Assembly: GCA_031414535.1 (NCBI GenBank)
Contig: JANNVQ010000002.1
Span: forward strand, 1-64,000
Length of the DNA stretch: 64,000 nt
Direction: 5' to 3'
From: Gemmatimonas sp.
Lineage (GTDB): Bacteria > Gemmatimonadota > Gemmatimonadetes > Gemmatimonadales > Gemmatimonadaceae
This document shows, piece by piece, positions 49,678 to 56,469 of this stretch. The position numbers and the translations under genes were made by a program. The notes beneath the pieces are model-generated. The model searched no databases, was not told where the DNA came from, and saw only the letters and a list, made by a program, of their open reading frames with translations. Every line of letters begins with the position of its first letter. Within the stretch, counting starts at the first letter, position 1.

Positions 49678-50740
49678 GGGATCGCAAGTTGAGACGTTCG
49701 ATGATGGTCACGGCGTCCAGCTCGCGCACGCGAAGCAAGCTCCCTCGGACGGCGAAGAAGCCGCTCGAGTCCGGCGCGGACCACAGCGCGGCAATCGGGC
49801 GGCCGTCGCGCCCGATGAGCTCGGCGACTGCGGCCTCCTCATTGCGTACCGTGACCACGAGGATCTCGCCGCTCTCCGCGATGGTTGCCCCGCGGAGTGA
49901 GGGCAGCGACTCGCCGAGCAAATAGTCACGGCGCTGCGCCTCGGGGAGCATTGCGATGTGCCCGCGCATGCGCTGCGCAAACGCTGAGGAGACTTGAAAG
50001 TGCGGTGCGTCCGCTCGCCGCGCGGAGTCGAGCAACATGAGCGAGGGCGAGTAGCCACGGATACGCCAAGTCTCGGCGTCCACCACAGTCAGGCTCGCGT
50101 CATCTTCGGCCATGAGATGTGGGATGTTGAGCGTCTCCCCAGTGCGCTGGCCGGGTAGCACGGGAAGCGAGTCCACGTGGGAGCCACGGAATCGTTGCAC
50201 CAGCCAATGGCCACTGCTGTCTGTGCTAATCCAACTGGTGAGCATCATGCTCGCTGAGCCCGGCGTGAGCGATTGGTGCAGCGCAACCTGTCCGTTGGCT
50301 TGCCCAAGGACGCGATCCGCGAGACGCTCGCCCGTCGTGGTCCACATCGTGATGCGATGCCGCGGCGCATCCAGCACCGCTACACCCTCGGGCGTACGCA
50401 CGATGCCCTCGGCGCGGGCGAGGTACTCCGGTGCGCCCGTGAGGGCTGTGCCGTAGCTGCCCTGAAGCTGCCCATCAACGACCAAACTCCAGACGTGCAC
50501 CTGCAATACGAACAGCGAGTCGCCCACGAGGTCCAGTGCGCGAACTCGACCGTCTTCAAGCTCGTCTGGTGAGAGGCGAGCGAGTTCCGTCCAACCCAAC
50601 ACCAGACTGGTGTCGAGTGGAGCGAGCTGTCCACTGCGGGGGCGATCCGATCCAGCGGCGGAATCGGACAAGGCAAGTCCGATTCCGCCGAGGATCACGA
50701 CCGCGCCGACGAGGCTAAGTGTTCGAGCGGCGCGGGTCAC
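49670..50740 (-). CDS. Membrane-anchored/secreted beta-propeller-like protein
   Basis: N-terminal TM/signal, repeated short beta-strand blades, 'G....GAPE' and 'VLD...HRI..W...G' patterns like 6-bladed propellers. Confidence 0.6.
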   Translation of the reverse strand: MTRAARTLSLVGAVVILGGIGLALSDSAAGSDRPRSGQLAPLDTSLVLGWTELARLSPDELEDGRVRALDLVGDSLFVLQVHVWSLVVDGQLQGSYGTALTGAPEYLARAEGIVRTPEGVAVLDAPRHRITMWTTTGERLADRVLGQANGQVALHQSLTPGSASMMLTSWISTDSSGHWLVQRFRGSHVDSLPVLPGQRTGETLNIPHLMAEDDASLTVVDAETWRIRGYSPSLMLLDSARRADAPHFQVSSAFAQRMRGHIAMLPEAQRRDYLLGESLPSLRGATIAESGEILVVTVRNEEAAVAELIGRDGRPIAALWSAPDSSGFFAVRGSLLRVRELDAVTIIERLNLRSHE

Positions 50741-50743
50741 GAG

Positions 50744-50971
50744 TTAGAACGGGTTGATGACGACATTGATCGTGCTGCATCCGACGAGACGTCCGGTGCA
50801 GACGACTCCGATCGCGACCCGCTCGACCCAGTTTGAGTCTTCCATCGCCGATGCGCACTCGGAGATGACTCGGCCCTGACACTGCGAGACCGTTTCCTCC
50901 GCGAGCAACGGAGCGGAGAGCGATGCCGTGAGGGCCAGCGCTGCGAGCGGTACACGAATCAAGTGCTTCAT
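50744..50971 (-). CDS. Small secreted four-cysteine peptide 1 (C-x7-C-x18-C-x6-C)
   Basis: GGGAGG RBS, Sec signal (LLA|EE), 75 aa; stop 3 nt before the next gene; paralog at 51148-51366. Confidence 0.85.
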   Translation of the reverse strand: MKHLIRVPLAALALTASLSAPLLAEETVSQCQGRVISECASAMEDSNWVERVAIGVVCTGRLVGCSTINVVINPF

Positions 50972-51046
50972 ACCTGCCTCCCTAGTTGGGGTTGGGCCGC
51001 GAAGCTACCAGGGTACGCGGAATCCTTGTCATCGAATTCCCGCCGA

Positions 51047-51101
51047 CAGCGTCACTGCAACGTCATCGCAACGTCATCGCAACATCAGCGCAACGTCATC
51101 G
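51047..51101. repeat. Five tandem 11-bp direct repeats (consensus CAACGTCATCG)
   Basis: CAGCGTCACTG CAACGTCATCG CAACGTCATCG CAACATCAGCG CAACGTCATCG. Confidence 0.92.
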
Positions 51102-51147
51102 GGAAGATCTCCGCAGGGAGGATTTGGTATGCGTGGCCCGCGAACGC

Positions 51148-51366
51148 CTAGAAGGCCTCGGAGGAGCAACCCAACAGCAGGACGGTGCAGGCCGCGTCCA
51201 CAGCTGTTTCCTCGAACTCGTTGGCGCCTTCACGCGCGAGTTTGCACCAACGCAAGGTGAAGGAGAGGCAGTCCCTGTACTCTTTCCAGCCTTCGGCTCG
51301 CGCGGGAGCGGCGTAGACGGAAAGGAGCAGGCTGGCGGTCAGGCTGGGGATGAGCAAACGACGCAT
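51148..51366 (-). CDS. Small secreted four-cysteine peptide 2 (C-x7-C-x18-C-x6-C)
   Basis: GGAG RBS, Sec signal (ARA|EG), 72 aa; same Cys spacing as peptide 1. Confidence 0.85.
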   Translation of the reverse strand: MRRLLIPSLTASLLLSVYAAPARAEGWKEYRDCLSFTLRWCKLAREGANEFEETAVDAACTVLLLGCSSEAF

Positions 51367-51384
51367 ATGAAGCTCCGGTCTGAG

Positions 51385-51407
51385 GTGAGCGCAGAGTCTG
51401 CGCTCAC
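51385..51407. other. Perfect 11-1-11 palindrome upstream of peptide 2
   Basis: GTGAGCGCAGA-G-TCTGCGCTCAC. Confidence 0.7.
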
Positions 51408-51471
51408 ACGGCGGAGCAAGCCCCATCAAAGCCTTGCGCGTTGCGTCTTTTGTGTGCGATCGCGATGGCGA

Positions 51472-53679
51472 CTAGAAGCTGCGCTCAAGTCCCAGCAGTA
51501 CGACGCGTCCCATCCCCGGAAGCAGGCCGCGCGTGCGATCCACAATCACAAGCGCGTCGGCCGCGTTCTTGACGGATGCAAACACGGTGACGCCGAGCGA
51601 GGCGGGGCTCCAGTTCAGCGAGGCATTCCAGATAGTGCTCGCGGGCAGGACGCCCTGCTGACCATCCGCCACGGTAATGCGCGTGTTCGCGGGATCTCCG
51701 AACTGGGAGCCAAGGTGCACGGCTTCGAGCGAGACATCGAAGCCCGCGAGATGCCGCAGGCCAAGTGTTGCGGTGAGCGTAAACTCTGGCGCGTAGGGCA
51801 GACGATTGCCGGTCACTGAAACGGCCGCGCGCGTCGCGGCTACGTTTTGTTCGGAGTACACCTTGCCCACGACGTCGCTGCCGCCGGTGCCGATGAACGC
51901 AAGGCGAGTGCCTTGGAATTGCGCGATGGGCAGCCAAGTGGCGGCCAGAGCTGCGAAGGGTACGAGCCGCCCGCGCGAGGGCAGATCGCCGCGAAGATCG
52001 AGTTCCACGCCTTGGTGCAGGGTACGACCGGCGCTGGTGAGTGCGGCACCGATGCCGCCAGCCACCGACGCGGGCACGACTTGGTTTTCGAAATCCATCC
52101 GGAACGCCGTGGCGTCAAGGCTCCAGCCGCTGGCCGGCGTCCAGCGCGCACCGATCTCGTAGTTCCAGCTACGTTCGGGCGCGAGTTCTACCACACCGCC
52201 CGTGCTGTTGCTGATGATATCTTCGTTGCGCGGGGGAGAGAAGCCGCGGTGTACTCCGGCGAACAGTCCGAGGCCATCGGTCACGGTGAGTGTGGTTCCG
52301 AGACCCGGAATCACTTCAGTCAGTGTGGTGCTGCCGCTCACCCCTGAGGGATTTGCAGCAGTCGCCAGACGATTCGTGCGTGCGATGCGGATATGCTCGA
52401 CGCGCAGGCCCGGCGTAACGCTCCAGCGGTCGTTGCCGATGCGGCTTTGCGCGAAAGCGGAGAGGGCGTCCGTATCGCGACGGTTGTCCTCCGAGGTTGC
52501 GCCGGAGCGTGAATCGTGGGCTACGCCATTGAGCTGACGGCGCAGTTGGACCTCGCGATGCATGCGCGCGCCAAGGTCTAAGGTCCCCGCAAGGGCACCG
52601 AGCAGCAGGGGCTGCGAGTAGCGCGGTTCGATGCCCATCACCTGATAGCGGCGCAGGCGCCCTTCGTTGCCGCAGCCAGATTCGAGATTGGCGATGCTGC
52701 CGCAGTTTGGGTCCGCGGCATCGTTGGGCCGCTGGCTGGAATTGCTGGACTGCCGCCACCAATCACGCGAGACATCGTGTGCGTACGCAGTGGTGAGGAG
52801 CCGGCGTGGGCCGACACGCCACTCGTGCGCTACGCTGCCGCCTACCCGGGCGATATCAAAGTGGTCGTTGCGAAACGGATTCTGCCGCGGATCATTGGCC
52901 CATTCGCTTTCAGTGAGCCCGGAGTAGGTGACTTGAGACTCTTCGCGAAACACGTTGGTCTTGGCAATCAGCCGCTGATGGTTCGCTAAGGGGACGAAGA
53001 GCTTGAGCGAGGCATCGCTGACCTCAGAGTTTGTGTTTTGGCGTGCGCCGATGCCGCGCCAACGCCCGAGGTCGAGCGTGGCCCCGCCCTTGCCATTCAC
53101 GCTCGAGGCCCGGGCGTAACCGCTGGCGAAGTCGTTGCTACCACCGGACAGACGGAGTTGCCCACTGGAGCGCGAGGGTAGTCCCGGCGTGATGTAGTTG
53201 ATGACTCCGCCAACCGTTTGCGGCCCGTGGAGAATCTGGCCTGCTCCCTTGAGCACCTCGATGCTCTCCATGCGTCCAACTGGCGGGTGGTAGTAGGCCG
53301 CGTTGTCGCCGTAGGGGGCGAGTGTGAGGGGAACGCCATCCTCGAGGAGGAGCACTTTATTTGAGCGCGTGGGGTTGAGACCACGAATGCCAATGTTGGG
53401 GCGGAGGCCCAAGCCCTCTTCGTCGCGCACCACGATGCCTGAGATCTTTCGGAGCGCTTCGTTTGCCGTGAGGACGCGCGCGCGTGTGAGCAGAGTGGCG
53501 TCGAGCCGTTGCGCGGAGCCCGGAATTCGGGCGCGTTCATCCACACTACCAACAATCGAAAGGCCAGGCAGCAGCGCCGCTGAATCGCCGGGGGAAGGCA
53601 CCTGGGCGTGGACTGCCGAGAGCCCGCAGGTGGCGAGTGCGAGAAGGCTACGGAGGATCGAGGCGAGAGCTCGGGACAT
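51472..53679 (-). CDS. FecA-like TonB-dependent iron receptor
   Basis: NIGIRGLNPTRS.K.LLLEDGVP...APY, IEVLKG....L.GPQT.GG.INY and C-terminal Phe; Fur-like box upstream. Confidence 0.9.
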   Translation of the reverse strand: MSRALASILRSLLALATCGLSAVHAQVPSPGDSAALLPGLSIVGSVDERARIPGSAQRLDATLLTRARVLTANEALRKISGIVVRDEEGLGLRPNIGIRGLNPTRSNKVLLLEDGVPLTLAPYGDNAAYYHPPVGRMESIEVLKGAGQILHGPQTVGGVINYITPGLPSRSSGQLRLSGGSNDFASGYARASSVNGKGGATLDLGRWRGIGARQNTNSEVSDASLKLFVPLANHQRLIAKTNVFREESQVTYSGLTESEWANDPRQNPFRNDHFDIARVGGSVAHEWRVGPRRLLTTAYAHDVSRDWWRQSSNSSQRPNDAADPNCGSIANLESGCGNEGRLRRYQVMGIEPRYSQPLLLGALAGTLDLGARMHREVQLRRQLNGVAHDSRSGATSEDNRRDTDALSAFAQSRIGNDRWSVTPGLRVEHIRIARTNRLATAANPSGVSGSTTLTEVIPGLGTTLTVTDGLGLFAGVHRGFSPPRNEDIISNSTGGVVELAPERSWNYEIGARWTPASGWSLDATAFRMDFENQVVPASVAGGIGAALTSAGRTLHQGVELDLRGDLPSRGRLVPFAALAATWLPIAQFQGTRLAFIGTGGSDVVGKVYSEQNVAATRAAVSVTGNRLPYAPEFTLTATLGLRHLAGFDVSLEAVHLGSQFGDPANTRITVADGQQGVLPASTIWNASLNWSPASLGVTVFASVKNAADALVIVDRTRGLLPGMGRVVLLGLERSF

Positions 53680-53700
53680 ATCTGGCAGAGAGAAAGCTAG

Positions 53701-53717
53701 ATGAGAATGGTTCTCAT
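53701..53717. promoter_or_regulatory. Fur-box-like operator
   Basis: ATGAGAA-TGG-TTCTCAT palindrome resembling the TGA(T/G)AATnATT(A/C)TCA 7-1-7 box, 21 nt upstream of the FecA-like start. Confidence 0.78.
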
Positions 53718-53768
53718 AAGGTTCCTCTTAGCCTAATCTGAAATCCCGAGCGATGCAATAGGAATTGC

Positions 53769-54017
53769 TCAACTGCGTAGGCTGCTCTCCACTCGGGTTC
53801 GCAACGTCGCGAACTCGGCGTCCACCGCCGGCGCTGCGGCACGGACAGCGTCAAGGAACGCTTGGGCAAAGTCGTAGTGCGAGGTGCAGCCCGTACAGCC
53901 TACGAGATGGGCGAGGACGCGCGTGCGCTCACCCTCGGGCAAGGCGCCGTCCAAGTACGGCCACAGGCGCTGGACCACCTCTTCGCAGTCCATGAGCGTG
54001 GGGAGTTCAGTCGTCAT
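53769..54017 (-). CDS. Zinc-finger (zf-HC2/ZAS) anti-sigma factor
   Basis: C....L..YLDG.L........HLVGCTGC (HxxxCxxC); soluble; ATGA overlap with the sigma gene. Confidence 0.9.
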   Translation of the reverse strand: MTTELPTLMDCEEVVQRLWPYLDGALPEGERTRVLAHLVGCTGCTSHYDFAQAFLDAVRAAAPAVDAEFATLRTRVESSLRS

Positions 54018-54586
54018 TTTGATTCCACCGCAGGCGTGTTTCCGTACCCGCTGTCAATGGCGTGAGCGATGAGTGCCTCTTGGAGCAAGCGTCGTGCGCG
54101 GTAGAGGCGCGAGCGCACCGTTCCCACCGGGATGGTGAGCAGTTCTGCGATCTCCTCGTACGAGAATCCTTCGATGTCGTACAGGGTGACCACGTCCCGA
54201 AATGCGGGCACAAGGTTTTCGATTTCTCTCCGTATTGCGGGGCCGAGGTCGAATCGGTCAAACAGATCATTCAGACCAGCGGCGCGTGCACTGCGGTGGG
54301 GATTGGCGGCGCCGAGTGCCTCCAAGGTCTCGTCTTCAACCGCGGTCACAACGTCCTCGCGTCGCCGTTGAGCGAAATGCGCATTGCGGCAAATCGTGGC
54401 CAGCCATCGCTTGCAGTCTGAGCCTTGGGCGAAGGTGTTCCAGTGTCTGAGCGCCCGAAGGAAGGTCTCTTGCACCAGATCCTCGGCGTCGCTCACATCG
54501 CGGGTGAGGGCGCGCGCCACACGCGCTACCGCCGGAAGGTGCGGGAGCGCCACAGACTCAAACGACTCGGGGTCCGCGAGCGTCAT
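54014..54586 (-). CDS. ECF RNA polymerase sigma factor
   Basis: DAEDLVQETFLRA, WL..I.RN and GFSYEEIA..L.IPVGTVRSRL.RAR motifs. Confidence 0.93.
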   Translation of the reverse strand: MTLADPESFESVALPHLPAVARVARALTRDVSDAEDLVQETFLRALRHWNTFAQGSDCKRWLATICRNAHFAQRRREDVVTAVEDETLEALGAANPHRSARAAGLNDLFDRFDLGPAIRREIENLVPAFRDVVTLYDIEGFSYEEIAELLTIPVGTVRSRLYRARRLLQEALIAHAIDSGYGNTPAVESK

Positions 54587-54593
54587 CCCTGGC

Positions 54594-55313
54594 TCAGGTC
54601 CCGCCAAACCATTCGTAGCCGGCATCAGACCAATAGCCACCGTTCGGCTTCGGCAGGAACATGATACTGGTGAGGTACTTGGTGTTCTTGTAGCCGAGCT
54701 TGACGGGCGAATGCACTCGCGCCGGTGCACCATAGGCCGGCGCAAGATCCCTGCCGTCTTTTCCATACACAATCATCGTTTGTGGATGCATCGCGCTCTC
54801 AAGATCCCAGCTCTCGTGGTAGCCATCATCGAAGCTCTGAAAGTCCACAAAATTCGCGGCGGGGTCAGGGCGAACGAGCGCGGCGACGTCCCGCAGGCTT
54901 ACCCCGCTGAATTCTGCCACGGCCGTCCAGCCCTCCACACAGAAATGATCGACGCGCTGCGTGCGCCGTGGGAGTCCTTGAAGATCCGCGAGCGAGAGTG
55001 AAACCGGACGAGCCACCATCCCGCCGACCTCTAGCCTCCAAGCGCCGCGCATGGCCTCGTCCCACACGGGGACCCGAGTAGAGATGAAGTAACTCGGGAA
55101 TCCATCCCCCGCGATGGCCGCGCCAGGCGAGCCAGCGTTCATGGCGGTGTGGCGTACCAAGCGCTGTTCAATGAGCGCATTTTTGCGCGTCGCATAGCTC
55201 AACAGCTTTTCGGCCTCCGCCGGACCGCGACTGTTGCAGGCCGCGAGCGCCAAGGCTGCGGTGCTCAGCCCTGCGGCGCGGAGAAACTCACGACGATCCC
55301 AGTGCGCGCTCAT
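54594..55313 (-). CDS. Tat-exported molybdopterin oxidoreductase (MsrP/YedY-like, sulfite oxidase family)
   Basis: DRREFL Tat motif, lipobox LAAC, HFCVEGW Moco Cys, GAP.R...P.KLGYK..K and GYW...GY. Confidence 0.85.
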   Translation of the reverse strand: MSAHWDRREFLRAAGLSTAALALAACNSRGPAEAEKLLSYATRKNALIEQRLVRHTAMNAGSPGAAIAGDGFPSYFISTRVPVWDEAMRGAWRLEVGGMVARPVSLSLADLQGLPRRTQRVDHFCVEGWTAVAEFSGVSLRDVAALVRPDPAANFVDFQSFDDGYHESWDLESAMHPQTMIVYGKDGRDLAPAYGAPARVHSPVKLGYKNTKYLTSIMFLPKPNGGYWSDAGYEWFGGT

Positions 55314-56068
55314 AGTTCTGCCGTGTCGGAGGACGGAGTGAGGTCCGCGCTCGGCGCGGTCGGTGACGAGCGGCGGAGCAGGTTGATAAACGGTCGGGCG
55401 TTGCGCGCTTCCGGAGAGTGGGACTCATCGTAGCCGCCGGTCAGCATCGCGCGCAGCGAATACGGATCAACCGTGAAGACCATGAACACGTGACCAATGG
55501 CTGTCACCAGGAGCGCCATCATCGCAGCGAAGTGGATGAAACGCGCCCACACATAGCCTCCAAGAAGCGCGGTGAGCCAGCCCAGGCTCACGGGTTTCCA
55601 GATGGCAATGCCGCTGATGACGATGACCGCCGCGATCCACGGCATACTGAAGTACGCCATACGCTGCATCGCATTGTGCTTGCCTTGGCGCGGATGTTCA
55701 CGCTCAAGCCACAGGTAAAACCGCAGCATGGCCCACACGTCGCGCGCCGTACCGCGCCGTGGCACGAGGTCTCGCCACTCGCCGTGCAGGTAAATGAAGC
55801 CCAGGTAAATGAGCCCATTCACGACCAGCACCCACATCATTGCAAAGTGCCAGTGCCGCGCGCCGCCGAGCCATTCGCCAAACGTGAGCCACGAAGGGAC
55901 CGGCGTGCCTTCAAACGGATTGAGTGGAAACGTTTCGCCTTTGCGGGCAAAGGCCGGGTACGCGTTGAAGATGCGTAGGCCACTGCCCACCATCACCACG
56001 AGGGCGATCGCGTTCACCCAGTGCGTCAAGCGCACAACCCAATGATGTCGATGCGTAAGAGAGCTCAT
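55310..56068 (-). CDS. Di-heme cytochrome b membrane subunit (Ni/Fe-hydrogenase cyt b type)
   Basis: VRLTHW.NA, SGL.IFNA.P, RHWHF, HN..QR..Y and RFIHF; ATGA coupling to the Mo enzyme. Confidence 0.88.
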   Translation of the reverse strand: MSSLTHRHHWVVRLTHWVNAIALVVMVGSGLRIFNAYPAFARKGETFPLNPFEGTPVPSWLTFGEWLGGARHWHFAMMWVLVVNGLIYLGFIYLHGEWRDLVPRRGTARDVWAMLRFYLWLEREHPRQGKHNAMQRMAYFSMPWIAAVIVISGIAIWKPVSLGWLTALLGGYVWARFIHFAAMMALLVTAIGHVFMVFTVDPYSLRAMLTGGYDESHSPEARNARPFINLLRRSSPTAPSADLTPSSDTAEL

Positions 56069-56076
56069 CCCCGCCA

Positions 56077-56104
56077 GTAGCGACGAAGAAGCCGGGAAGT
56101 TCCC
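56077..56104 (-). promoter_or_regulatory. Putative ECF promoter for the cyt b-Mo enzyme-sigma-antisigma operon
   Basis: Minus strand GGGAAC-N16-CGCTAC, ending 8 nt before ATG 56068. Confidence 0.8.
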
Positions 56105-56117
56105 GTTACAGAGACGC

Positions 56118-56145
56118 GGGAACTCGCGGCCATGTCCGACGCTAC
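56118..56145 (+). promoter_or_regulatory. Putative ECF promoter for the Met-rich peptide
   Basis: Plus strand GGGAAC-N16-CGCTAC, same boxes and spacing as the divergent copy. Confidence 0.8.
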
Positions 56146-56196
56146 GGGGCGGTGGGTCGGAGCCTCCGATTACACACACAACTCGAGGAGTTTCAG

Positions 56197-56469
56197 ATGT
56201 CCGTGGTTCGAATGACCGTCGCAGGTCTTATCCTGATGCTGGTGGCCTCGCCGCTCGCAGCCCAGGGCACTCGGGCGCAACGTCCGATGATGCGCGATTC
56301 TTTGATGCCCTGTCCGTCCACACCCGCTTCCGGCGGCGCAATGGCTGGTGGGCAGATGGCCGGTGGCAACATGAGCCGTGACACCGCGATGGCGCGCGGG
56401 GGCATGATGCGGCCAGCCGCCGACTCGATGCGGCCGCCCTGCAGACCGAACACGGCGCGGCCCAACTAG
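56197..56469 (+). CDS. Methionine-rich secreted low-complexity peptide
   Basis: GAGGAG RBS, signal peptide (LAA|Q); about 68-aa mature part with 10 Met and 2 Cys. Confidence 0.8.
   Translation: MSVVRMTVAGLILMLVASPLAAQGTRAQRPMMRDSLMPCPSTPASGGAMAGGQMAGGNMSRDTAMARGGMMRPAADSMRPPCRPNTARPN

Noticed and set aside
51047..51101. Possible CRISPR array
   Set aside because: Repeats are 11 bp and contiguous with no spacers; no cas genes in the window.
50744..51366. Peptides as lanthipeptide, ranthipeptide or other enzyme-modified RiPP precursors
   Set aside because: They have Sec signal peptides rather than leader/GG motifs, and no LanM/radical SAM/YcaO/DUF692 or C39 transporter is encoded nearby.
50986..51819. 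277-aa plus-strand ORF spanning the 11-bp repeats
   Set aside because: It overlaps peptide 2 and the FecA-like gene in antisense; no RBS or motifs.
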